DNA of 64,000 nucleotides from Eimeria praecox (taxonomy: Eukaryota): positions 7,936,001-8,000,000 of the forward strand of contig OY986946.1 in the NCBI GenBank assembly GCA_963920595.1, given 5' to 3'. The position numbers were made by a program, and so were the translations under genes. Below the pieces are notes generated by a model that was not told where the DNA came from, searched no databases, and saw only the letters and a program-made list of their open reading frames with translations. Shown here in pieces: positions 1 to 20,296 of the stretch (position 1 is its first letter; every line of letters starts with the position of its first letter).

Positions 1-2480
1 ATGAGCCACACTGAAGAAATGTTTGGCCGTTTGCATGATTCAGCACCATATTCATCTTTTCAGTCTGCTAAAGCGCTCTTGCATCTACCAGTGCATCCTG
101 GCAAAAGGCACAAAGCTGCGTGCTGCAAGCGCAGTCTAGATTTCATCGCTACTTTTCTTGAACTACCCGATGCACCTGGCGATCACGATGTACTGGGGCA
201 AATAAATGATGACTGGACGAATATCCATATTGGCATGCTTGTATTCCAGTCGAATTTGCAGAAACACTTGCAGTACCTGGCTCGTGGCCTGTAACTGCTA
301 TGTGAAAAGCCGTTGTTCGAAGCATACCAAGTGCTAGCTTCCAGTGCACCCAATCGGCTTGGTCTCTTTAGCCCCTTCGGCAGAAATCTAACCGTATTAA
401 AGGAAGAAAAAAGCCATTCGGACGGAAATTCCTCCCTGCACTCGGACGGCCGTCGGAAAGTTTCGTGGTGTCTCGTCACACCACTGCAAACTTAGCCCTG
501 GATTTGCTGGCACCACAACCCCTTTTATGGAGATACTCACGAATCACAAACAATATATTTTGTCAGACACTAACGAAGTTTGCAAGAGCCTCGTCCAATA
601 CCTGACATCCTTTCCCTAAACGGGACTCCCTGGCTTCAGCCCAACAGCCGATGCCGGTGCCGCTGAGATAAGCTGCTGCCATGTATTTTCAGCAAGCCAC
701 CGGATAGTTAAAATACCAGAAAAAGCCACGCTGATGACACCCTTCCACAAGCAGAAATATTCGATGTTCGCGGGACTGCGGCTCTGCCGAGGAAATAACA
801 TAAGGCTGGCTAAGAGCGGCAGGATAGGAGGCGGGCTGCTCCGGCACCAGACGAACCGTTGACTAGACGTTCTAGTCCCACTTCGCTCACATGCTTGACG
901 TACAATGCACGGCCAAGCTTTAGCAAGCTACGCTGGCGCCAACCGAATAGTGGAGGGAGTAGGGAAACCCACTTCGCGACCTACGATGCCGTATTCAGCC
1001 GAAGAAAATGCTTTCAGTTATCGGTTTTCAGTTAGTTACATTTCGATGTACGTGTTGACCGGACGAGTTCGTTCTAACGGGCTCGCACCCTTATCGAAGT
1101 GCACAGAAGGGCGATCAATCCAATAACTCCTACCTGATCTGCGCAGAGCCCTTTCAAGCTATTTTTGCGGGTAAAATTCTTGATTTCTACTGTAGATTTG
1201 CCCACTATTTGGAGCTACCAGCACAACAATGCTGCTGGTTTTCTAAGGTGGTTCAGAGAGTCACCCAAACTTCGTCAGCTTCTCCCCACAACGTGGTTGT
1301 GGGAGGGAAAAGTTGGGGGAGAATGAGACTGTGAACACATGTGTAATGGCTTGCAGAGGTCATAGATAATCAGAGTATAGCACTAAGTACCCAGCAGACC
1401 GGCAACCCTAGTGGGTCTTTTAGGGCCACCCGTCTGATGCACTTTTACACATTCTCGGGAGCATTTACACGCACTCCTCGATTCATCTGCGGCGATTACA
1501 AGGGTCCGTCTGCCCGGAGTGTCGCGAATTTTTGGACAACCCCACGCGGACCATTGGCATATTGCTTTTGTTGAGGGGATTTATCTTCTAATATATGTAG
1601 TCTAAGGCGCCAACTATTTTCTAGCTGCGGTAAATGCTTTTCCCTCTACAACCTGATGCCTCAGACACCACCGAACATACTGTACTTTTTCACGTGCCTA
1701 CACCGTTTAGGGCTGCCCGAAGGCGTGCCTTACTCGCATACCCACGGTGAGCCCAGGCAGCGGCGCCTAGCGTATGTTTCATTAGCTTTTTATGCACGCA
1801 GCAGGTGGATTCAAACGGAGAAGCAAGAGACATGTTGCAGAGATCACCTGTGGCAGGCTAAGGTAGTTGCAGGCTCATGCATTCAAAAGCCGCAGCACCA
1901 GCAATAAATACATAAGTGGCCAAAGGGGCAGCAAGCCAGCAGCATGTAGCAGGAGCAGCAGAAACTGGACACCGAGCCTTAGAAACCTCAATGCGAATAG
2001 GCGCAGCAGCATAAGTCGAGGCAGCGAGAAACGCTTCACTTTCCTCAAGCTGCTACTCGTACTGTGCTTGCGCTCAGGCCGTCAACGGACGGCCAAATAA
2101 GTGTTTAACTGCCTACACCACTGTCCACAGTGCTACTTAGGCAGTAAAATGGGAGTTGATTTTGCTTGCTCGTGGGGCTGCCATACAGCGCTATTTTACG
2201 TAAAGACACTACACCACATACCAACCCTGCTCCAAGCGTTAGCAGCGCACGTAGCCCACGGCCCTTGGCTACCGTGCCGGCAAACCGCATGGTTACGCCG
2301 GAGATAAGCTACTGCTTGGGGACACTTATATTACGCCTGCGACTGGAATACACCTCATAGTGGGCCTCAGCCGAGATCAAATCACCCCGTGCATTGGTTA
2401 CGAAGCGGGCTATGCCACACTTCCTGCATCCTTGGGGCTCTATTCAACCAGAAGCATACGGGCTGCTTTGCATCTATACT
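1..2480 (+). mobile_element. Degenerate Ty3/gypsy (chromovirus-like) pol relic: RT-RNase H-integrase-chromodomain, 5' truncated by the window
   Basis: Colinear decayed motifs across frames. RT: HPGKRHKAA (HKTAF), LELPDAPG (FGLxNAP), IGMLVFQSNLQKHLQYL, VGKFRGVSSHHCKLSPGFAGTTTP (VRSFLGL..YYRKFIPGFA). RNase H: TADAG, TNR*LDVL. Integrase: CPEC (~1510), HRLGLPEG (RLHGLP), SWGCHTALFYVKTL (W.IH.VFHVS.L). Chromodomain-like: CIGYEAGYAT (~2390). Many stops and frameshifts. Confidence 0.75.
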
Positions 2481-3189
2481 TTAAGCGTCCTTTTCAGGGC
2501 AAGTTCCGTGTCCTGCTTCTTTCTTTCTTCCCTGCCGCGCCATTTCAGCTTGAGGTGGGCGTAGCGGGCTGGGGCACCTAGTGCAGCGGGCGAAGCTGTG
2601 CACATATGGCTCTACGCCAATTCGGCAAATTACTGAATACTTATAGAACATTTTCTAAAAAGAAAACCCCAGCAGCGAAAAGCAACGTAGCAGCCGCTGC
2701 CGCAGCCACAAAACCCACACAGCGGCACGCGGCATGCACAGCCACGGGCCCCCGGGGGTGTGGGTTAGGGCTTAAAGAGACAAGGACGCTATCTTTGTAT
2801 TGTTTAATTTGTTTCTCGCGCTTTACGACAAAGAGTTAAGGGGGGGACGTATACGTGCCTGACGTGCACGTAAAAAACAGAACAGGGAGGTGCGGGGTGC
2901 CCTTGCCACGCACTCCCAACTAAATTCCAGCTTCTTGTTTGTTTCTCCTTCATTTATATCATTTCCCTCAGCACAGCTGCGAGGTATCCGCGTTTGTTCT
3001 TTCGAGCGGCTCTCCCGGGCGCTGCAGTTCGAGAAGGGCCTGCATTTTGCTGCCTGGGAAACGGTAAACCTATGCCCAAACTCCTGAAGTCCAAGGGATA
3101 AGGGTTTAGCGCTCATTTCACATGCTCGCGTGACTCCCTAGGGGGATCGAGGATTCAGAATCGAGTCTTTGGGGCGTGCTCTTTTGACT

Positions 3190-5749
3190 ATGTATGAAGG
3201 ATCCGCTTCCCCTGAGGGCGCTGGGGGTGGCGGTAGTGTGCATGAGGGGCACCAAGCAAGCGGCCAGGCAGCACCCTCTGAGAGTGCACCTGAGCCGAGT
3301 GTATGGACACCTGACGGAGCAACAGAACCTGCGGAGCCACCAGCAGATGCTGGGAGTGCTCCGTCCCCATCTGCAGGGGGGGAAAACAGTACTGGAGTGT
3401 CTGCGCAACCAGAATCTGGAGACAGACAGGCGGATTATGATAGACGCAGGAATGGAAATTCAGAAAACAACGGAGAGCTGCTGTGAGGAGACATCAGTAA
3501 CTGCACCAGCACTACTGGTTTTTTGGCGCGTTTCGCCAAGTACGCTTGGTTGGTCCGGGGTCAATAGATGGGGTTCACGGTTTTCTTGTTCTGCTGCGTA
3601 GCGCATGTGTGCGCAGGAGTTTCTTTGTTGGGGGCCTTCATCCTGATATTACTAGAGAGGAACTCTTAGAGTACCTTTCGGGGTTTGTCGCTGTTGACGA
3701 GATTGACATTAAAGCGGATGCCGCCACAGGTATGCTGTTCTTGAGGAGCTGCTGCTTAGCCATCTGGGCAGCCCTTTCTGGTCTTCTAACCTGTATTCAT
3801 AAGCTAAGTCAAGCGGAGTGTTCACTCTCTGCTGTTCTTGTTTAGGGAAAAACAGAGGATACGCCTTTATTTCCGTTCGTCCGTCTTCGAACACAGAGGC
3901 TTTCTTAAACGCAAAACACATCCTCAGGGACAAGCAATTGGACATCAGGTAATCAGAATTTCTATTGCCACAGTTGGGGGGGGGGTTGGACTCCAGGCCG
4001 ACTGCCAATAATAGATGATGCCCTGCAGACTGCCCGCGGATGCACACGGACCCGTTGTTTCTGTCGCAGTGGGGCTGCCGGCGGACTCGGCCTTGTCAAT
4101 GTAGGCTTCTGGACTTTGTGGCTTGTGAAACAGGGAATTAAGTAGCAAGCCGGCCCCAGAGAGGCAGCCAGAACGGTTGCCTGAGAGGCGTCTGAGCTGC
4201 AGCAGCGCGAACAGGCACAAGATATTCATAGGAGGCATTACCTCTTCTATAACGGAAGGTACGGCATGAATCCCAAAGTTTTTAACCTTCCAGCAAGTTC
4301 TAAACTAGCAATACGATGAACCAGCTTAGCGAGTGGCCTTGTTCCCTCCCGTGGAACGCAGTACAGTGTCCTCCGATGGGTTGAGGGGCGTTTGCATTTG
4401 GGTTCTTTTGTTTGTGTCCTGCAGAAATTTTGCAACAGCACTTCGAACAATATGGGTCTATTGAAAAAGTCAGCAACTTTTGTCATTGCCGCTTGTTGCA
4501 TCATTTGCATCTCTTCATTTTGCCGACTTCAGCGCAACCTAATTCGCGGGTTTATCTCTACTCTTTAGTCTGGTTTTGCCTCTAGGTTCTGCTTTTCGCT
4601 GCAGATGGTTTCTATGGGGTCCTGCTTCTCTCTGCCTTGTAGTGCGCCGTTCCCGCTGCCCTGATGCTGATTTTTAGGTGGCTTCTGCGAGTAGCAGTGT
4701 ATGTCATTGGGGTGTACGTACAGTTGCCGTTCCTGGCAATATGTGTGCAGTAGAGTGCGTGCTGGGGGCCTTGCATACCTAGTTCAATGGTCTGTGGAGG
4801 GCACGACCTGCCCATTTTGGGGTGTGCATACAGGCGACCATAATCAGGGACGGCTCCGGGAAGAGCCGAGGATTTGGCTTCGTGCAGTTTACCTCCGTGG
4901 ATTCAGTTGCTGTCGCCGTTGGCGCGTCCCCTCACCAACTCGACGCTGATAATAGAGTGCGCCTAAATAAGCATTCAACCTTTTAAATGAGAGCGAGTGG
5001 AATACGCAGACTTATATGCATGCCTGTTTGCGGGTGAATAGCTGCGAGTTTTGGCAAGGTGCTCGCTGTCCTCTAAACAGCTTCCAGTTTTTTTTAGGGA
5101 CGTGCATCTGTAGGAAAGCTTGCTTAGCTCTACGTCTTCGTGATTTCGGGTACAGTCGATGGGAGCAAGAGTTGGCGTATGCCTGCAATCAAACGTTTGC
5201 AGGTCTTTTGTCTCTATGTGCATGCGTATGTATACGCTGCCTGCTGCAGGTGGATGCTCAACCAGCTCAGGACAGAGGGGCTCGCAGGCTGCCGGGAGGC
5301 CGCTTCGGCACCTCCCCTTACTACGACCAGGGCTATTACAACTATAGCAACTATGGGGGCGCAGCTGGCCCGTATGGTTATCACGCGGCCGCTGCTGCTT
5401 ATTCCCCTATGTACACTCCGAACCCCTATGGGGCGTATGGGAGCTATGGAGGGTACTACGGGGGAGGTTATGGGGATGCGTACGGATGCGCCGAAGGTGG
5501 TTACGGAGCCGTCAGAAGAGGTGAGATTGTGCTGCGGCTGTGCTTCGTGTGGCTGCTTAGGCTGCTTATTTGGTTACTTGCCTTGCTTTGCTAGACAGCA
5601 AGAACGAACGTGACTTGCAGCAGTTTTCAGGGATCCAGGAGCCTCAAAACAATCAGCTTGTGGATGTCACTGCTGCTGCTGCCACTGCAGGGGATGAGGG
5701 ACAAACTGGCGGAGGGTCATCCCGGTCTGCTCGAGGTGCTCCGTACTGA
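3190..5749 (+). CDS. Two-RRM RNA-binding protein, hnRNP A/B / Musashi / Hrp1-like; exons approx. 3190-3482, 3617-3729, 3846-3948, 4134-4258, 4425-4468, 4834-4956, 5250-5520, 5595-5749
   Basis: Splices in frame via GT-AG. RRM1 has RNP2 FFVGGL and RNP1 RGYAFISV. RRM2 has KIFIGGI and RGFGFVQF. A Gly/Tyr-rich tail follows and the protein ends ...SARGAPY*. Confidence 0.9.
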
Positions 5750-6770
5750 GCTGCAGTGTGGGGTCAGGGACACTCTCTGAGGAAAAGCAAAAATGTTGCA
5801 TGGAGAGACTGCGGGGGGGTCGGACGTCGAGATGAGCTTGCAAACGGCGTAGACGCCGAGTTTCAATGTGTGGCATGCGCGGATGAGGAAGAGAAGAACA
5901 CGGCGTATACACATGGCATATTTGTTGGTGTTACATAAACGGTGCCCGTGACGGGGCTAATAACACTGCAGATGCCAGAATGATGCTATGTACATGCACA
6001 TGCTCTATTATATATATACAAACATTGTGCAAGCACATTATCACCAATGCATTTGTATGTACATTCCAGGGATACTTTTGCTTTGCGGCCAAGGGGACCT
6101 CTTGCGGGTTTCGAAAGGTGTTGCAGCTCTGAGGTTACTGCCACAGAAGCGCAGGAATGGCTGGTCTAGCGCCATTGTCTGCGGCTGTAACAGCAGCCTG
6201 CGGCGCCGTTCAGCGGCGTTTGTTCCCCGAGTCCGAACACTTCGAGGTTTGTTTCCTCTAAGAGCAGTTCTCTTTTTTTAGAGCTCAATCGGACTGGAGG
6301 CTTGCCGCCGCTATCCGACCACCGCCCTCAGGATACGTTTTCCATGTATCAGCTGTCCTGTGAATGTACTTTTCTGTCGAAAGCTGCACGGTCCGCCTAC
6401 GCCCGTAGTAACTATCCGCGAGGATGGCTGAAGCTTACGATGCACATATTTTAACTAAGGCTTGTCCTGAGCAAGGGCGGACTCTTAGCACACCACAAGC
6501 AGGAGTGCTCGCTAAAAGCTGTGTTGGCTCTCCAGCGCCCATGCGCTTGTGTGCGTTTGCCTCTAATCTGGGTGGGCGCGTCCCCCATTTCCCACATACC
6601 CATCCATATTGTCTACGGATACGTTGAACAACCACGTAGCTAGCGGAGGCTGCTTGGCTAGACAAACTTCAAAATGAGAACAAACGGAAAGGGACACAAA
6701 CTGTGTTGCAACGCTAGTTAAAAGCATACACTCAGGAAGTCGAGCGCATGAACAAGCAGCTCCTTCCTCA

Positions 6771-6778
6771 TGCATGCA
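6771..6778. promoter_or_regulatory. TGCATGCA palindromic octamer (one of several copies, others near 26737, 41080, 49886 and 59500)
   Basis: Motif seen directly. It is known to be abundant in coccidian non-coding DNA and matches an ApiAP2-type site. Function at this position is not shown. Confidence 0.35.
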
Positions 6779-6993
6779 TACAGAAGCATGCATGGTACGC
6801 TCGCCCTTGACTGCCGCAGCACGGGGTTCAGAAGGGCTTCTCTTCTGTGTAGAGATCGTGCAACACTACAGACTGTTCAGAGTCAATGGACAGGTCTCAT
6901 ACATTCGATAGATATCCCTTGTGGGATATTTGCAAGCATGGAAGCAAAGAACTGAATTTCACTGCACATGGGCTTTCGCTGGTGTAACGGGAG

Positions 6994-15217
<8,224 letters not shown>

Positions 15218-15789
15218 CAATCGCAAAGTGACGCGCAAGCCTCTCAAGCAACAGCGAACCCCACTATGGCGTGTATGGGGTCCGTGCAATGTCTGGCAGT
15301 GCTGTACTTTTGTCTCGAACTAAGCAAAATTCAGACAAGTAATATTAGAAAAAATGAGTTAACAAAAAGGGACCGTTTTTGTAATTCTGGGAGGGTAATG
15401 CCTTGTGCTAACGAGGCACAAACGCCAGCATGTGGGGCTTCATGAGCCCTTGACCGTGCCGGTGCACAGCGCTCGGCAAAGGAGATCTGCTCATCGAAAG
15501 AACTCCCACTGCTTACGGAAATAATATTTTGACTCTTACTGATTGTTGAGAATGCTAGTCAAGGTTACCAAGATCCTGGGCCTTTAGCGGAATCGGCTCT
15601 CGTGTAAATAGTAGTTGCACGCAGCTTCCAGCGCCTTCTCTCTGACGCTCGTACACTCGTAGCTGCTCTTCGGAAGGTTGCTTACTGATTGTTAATTATA
15701 TGCCCCCTTGCTTGAAAGCTGTCTATTGATTGCCTATTATGTGTTAGCCAGTTCCCACTGACTAAAAGTCGAACATGTAAAGGTGGCTT

Positions 15790-18580
15790 TGGTCCAGTAG
15801 CTCTGCGATATGTGGGTGCTCATATTCCTGCTTGCTCGCAGGTTAACTAGAGGACCAAGCAAGCTTTTGAGTATTGTGTAAACTACAGTATACAATGCTA
15901 TCGCGTCCAGCAGAGGGGCATTGGCTGTACGTGCATGTGGGGGCAGCATTGCAGCCCTAGCTGCACAAGGGTGCGTTGCAGCCCATTACAGGGGGGCCGT
16001 GTCCGCAACAGCCCAGGCCTTTGGACAGCTGAGCATAGGACACCCTAAAGTCTGGAGGGGGGGCCACCTGTTTTGGGGGAGCTATTTCTAAAAAGCCTTG
16101 ACTACTGCAGCTCGCGACGGCCCTCAACGAAGGTCGAGCATCCTCGTTACACATGGTGGCGCCGCATGATTCAATGATGGCGATGCGAGCAGCGAATCCT
16201 ACCCTCCCTAGCTGGGCAGAATAGGTTGTAGAAACACCTGTTGAAAAGAGAGAAAATGGTCGCAAGAAAAGCCTGAAAAGAACAGGGGAAGGTCAAACGA
16301 AAGGCGACGCAAACGAAAGGCGACGCACGACGATTGCGGCCACATCTAAGCTGCTCTCGCTGAGCACATCAGGACCATTCAAACCTTCCAGGATGTTTTG
16401 CGTTGCACCTTTGTTCCGACGCCTTCAAGGGAATACGCTACGGTAGAACTAGAAATAACTTAAGCATGGGAAACTGCCGACAGAACGCTACACGTTGAAG
16501 CGCCATCCACTGGTGAACATAAGTCCAAGGGTGGGCCTATAGCTTCTATATAGTTGGTTTATAGCACCTCAGTCCCCCGGAGAGGGGCAGTCGCTAACCG
16601 GGTGGACCGTAAATAGGGGACTGTGGGGTAAATTAGTTGAATTCAGCGTGATGATGAAGCAGCTTTGTTTGGCAGAAATAGAAAGATCCGCCTTCACAGC
16701 CCTACCTGAGAAGGAAGAGAACAGATTGGCAAAGACCCAGACGTAGCGCCTAGGGATACTAGGGCTGTGAAGGCCATAGTAGTACAGAAAGGCACTGCAA
16801 GCGGTAACGGAGAGTAGCCAGCGAGTTCGGCATACAAAAAGCCTGGTGGACGTATCAAGCAGCGTACCTGCTCCTTCTGCAACAAATGATGTCACGTAAT
16901 GTAAGGCTGCGGTAACATGAAAAAAACAAAAAAGAACTGCAGGAGCAAGACTTCAGGCACCGGGGGAATAAACGAGCGGGCCCCCAAGTAGCGTGTGGCG
17001 CAGTCATGGGGAACAGAGAGATGGCAGCTGCAGCGGCATATCCTCCTCGGATCAACTCAGCGCTTATTCAAGTTCGTATGAATCGTCGCGAGAAGCTAGA
17101 GCTACTGAACAGAGGCTACGAAGTGGGGCTGGTAGCTGAAGCTACTGTGAGGAGGTGCAACCTGCCAGTTCGTCCGCTGGAACAGCCTCTGCTGCTCCGC
17201 CTTGTGGATGGCACAAAGACGCAACAATTTGAAATTTTGTGGGGGTAAAATGTGAAGAGTATTCAGAAGTGGGCCATATGACTGCGGCACGCTTCTCTCT
17301 GATGGGCCAGTTCACCACGACATACTCCTACACATGCCGTGAGTGATTCAGTGGAGGGAGCCCATGCGGCATCCAGAAAACCCTAATGAGGTAAATGTAG
17401 AAGCGATGAGAGAGTGCTTCTACCGGCGCAGGCAAAAGCACTTCCATCCTGTAGAGTAGGGGGAGCAGAATCGGTGCCCCAAGGAGAAAGAAGCGACACG
17501 GCTCTTACTCATTGCAGAGGCGCTGAGGAAATAACGAAAAAAAGCTTGCAATTTGCCATGATTGTCATACGAGGGCCACAATTTATGGAAATTCGTTCCA
17601 ATTAGCACAGGAGGAACAGCAGAGTTGGGCAAAACTGAAGAAGGAGTTCTTGCATGTATTCAATACCAAGGAGCTTCCAAGAGTTGGGCCACCCACTGGG
17701 CTCTCAATACACCGCAGGGACCTCATTCCCAGAGTAGCCTGAAGGTTTGTAACGGACACGCTCGAACTAATTCCAGAAGCATCCCCAAGCTTTGTTCCAT
17801 GGTACCGGCGATCCCACATGTTACGTAAGAAACCGAACAGAATAACTGCTAAAAAGAGGGGGAAGACTAGCCGTAAACAAGTGCCTGGGGAGACATTCCG
17901 GAGTTGGCGAAGAAGAAATTCCGGAGAAAATGAATGACGTGGGGCTGCAGCAACAGGTGCAGAGGCTCATCGACGACAGAAAGCAACAACGCTACAGCTT
18001 TTTCAGACAGCCAGCAGAAACACCTGCAGCAGCAGCAGCATCAAATGATCCAGCAGAAGGCAATACACTATCATGGGATGCGGCAGTAGCCGATGCACCA
18101 GCGTAATATGCACGCAAGAGCAAGATACTCTGCAGATGCACCAGGAGGAACCGATGAAGCACCCACAACAACATTGGGTACACCAACAGTAAGTGCGACA
18201 GGTGCGATGCGGAGTCCCGCTCCTTTCACCTTTCCTGTGCTGGGCGATCAGGCACCCTACGGAGTCTGCTGTTTAATGGAGTGTGGGAGGCAGATGCAGC
18301 GTTTTCCGCGTGATGCTGGTGCTTGTATCTCTACTTGCGTGCAGTCTCACTCACTATGGAGGGCCAGGAAAGCTTTTAACAACAATGTACACTACAATCG
18401 ACTATGTTAGAGCATGCAGCCAAAGGTTGGCTGTGCGTGTACCAGGGTCTCCCTTGCAGCACTAGTTGCAGTAACACGCGTCGCAACCCATGCCAAGTGG
18501 ACCCGCGTCCCCACCAGCGCGTTGCCCTTGGGAAGCTGTGCTCAAAAGGCCAAGAGGCAAGGAGGGAGACCAGAGGCTGT
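15790..18580 (+). mobile_element. Degenerate LTR-retroelement relic (gag + aspartic protease, no visible RT) between diverged direct repeats
   Basis: Gag-like LATALNEGRA..YTWWRR..PSWAE (16110-16220). Protease-like ALIQVRMN..ELLNRGYEVGLVAEATVRRCNLPVRPLEQPLLLRLVDG (LLDSG decayed, 17102-17116) and HDILLHMP*V (DxILGMPW). Related repeats at ~15790-16045 and ~18300-18580. Confidence 0.7.
16294..16327 (+). repeat. Perfect 16-bp tandem duplication CAAACGAAAGGCGACG x2
   Basis: Read directly; lies inside the gag relic. Confidence 0.9.
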
Positions 18581-20296
18581 TGGGGAGCACTTTCTTTAAG
18601 TCGTTGACTCTGTTACAGCTTACGACGGGACTCAGTGTACGATCGAAGACCTGTCTGAGCGCGCGATCAATCGCCCTCTTGCTGCATGCCATAATATTTG
18701 CTCATTCTAGTGTAGACAGTTTTTAAACACTTATTTGGCGCTCCATAACCAGCATGCGAGTAACTAAATATACGAATAACAACATAGCACAGACGCTGCT
18801 ACGCTCGGTGTAGTATTCCTGCCTGCAACACGTATTGCGAGGCAATCCCCTAAGCAAGCGTATCCAATCCCCATTCTGATTCATGAATTGCCACACTAGC
18901 ATTCGTTATATGCATACGTGGCCATCTGTACCCAACCTGCACTCAAGAAGGTAAACAGGCACCAACGTTACATAGAACACGCCACAGACCGAGCTATAAC
19001 TTCTCATAACAAGCACGCAAGGTGCTCCTTTCAAACACATTTGTGCGGGTTAAATTATACTTGTTATTTGGAGGGTAGAAGATTCGACGAAAAACGTCTA
19101 ATCTTGTAAAAAATGGAGGAGCAGAGATACGAGCTAACCGTTGATCGCGTGGCGGTTGCCGACAGGCTGCAGCTTGCGTGCAGTACTTTGTTTCATAAGG
19201 GTAGTTTTCTGCTTTCTTTAGAGCCATATCACACAGAACATCAGATTAGCCACTAAAAACTAAGGATCAGGCCCTTCTTACCGATGATTGGGCTCTTGTC
19301 AAAGGGGGAAGGTCTGCACTGATGCGGCGAGGCGATGTCTCTGTGGCTCAGCCCTAAATTCGGGCGGTGTTCTCTGGTTCAGAGAACGGCATGTTCTCTT
19401 CGTGAGCGTTTTCATGAAATATAGCCATATAAAAATGGGTGATTAGCCTTTGGTTTGCCGAATGGAGAGTCAACTTTGTTGCGTGCTGTTTAATGGTTGA
19501 ACGCCGCAAGTATTTCCGCCTGCTCGTCCTCCAAGAGAGCGATAGCGCCATGGAGACGGCGAGTATTCGGTGTATCGACAGCTACTGCTGCTCCTTTTGA
19601 GTTGTTTAGCTGTTTTTTTTCTCTCCGACTCATTGCCTCCCAGCGAAATCTCATCCGTTGCCCCGTAATCGCGCGTTGCTCGGCCACCGCTGCTGTGCTT
19701 GAGTTCCCCACCGACAATCTACGAGCTATTTGCTTGATGTCCATCAGTAAGGCGGGCGAATTGCAGTGTCGCAATAGCCTTCATATGCAGATCAGAGGGG
19801 GAGGTTACAGTGTCACCAAGTGCATCCTGCGGCAACAACGGTGCTGGAAGTGCAGTGGCTGCAACCGCAGCTGCAGCAAGGAAGGTGGCAACAGCAGAAC
19901 TAGCAGCAGCTCCATAAGGGGGCAATAACTGCGACTGCAGCAGCAGGTTTGACTAGAGCAAACCCTCAGGATGAGCACTGCTACCCTTCCGCGCCTATCA
20001 CCTCTTCCCCCTATCGCAACTCCTTCAGGAAGCGACAAGCATGAGGTACTGCGAGACTCTCCCATGTGCCTCCATGTTAAGAGTTTCATCCTCAAGTCTC
20101 TTTAGATTTTCAGGTCAACAATTGTCCTTATCCGAAGCACTCGCAGCTACAGCGCGAGTAGGAGCAGCAGTACCCGAAGCAGTTTCAGGAACTGCAGCGG
20201 CAGCACCATCTGCTGCAGCTCCGCAAGCCGAGCTCGCTACGCTCGAGCAAGCAATGGCTACCTCAGTGTCACCTTCCTACTGAGCAGGAAGGACAT

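Noticed and set aside
19354..20283. Short ORFs upstream of the USP gene, including ATG 19971 with a plausible intron
   Set aside because: The spliced frame stops at 20159-20161 and no homology is recognisable. Probably 5' UTR or uORFs.
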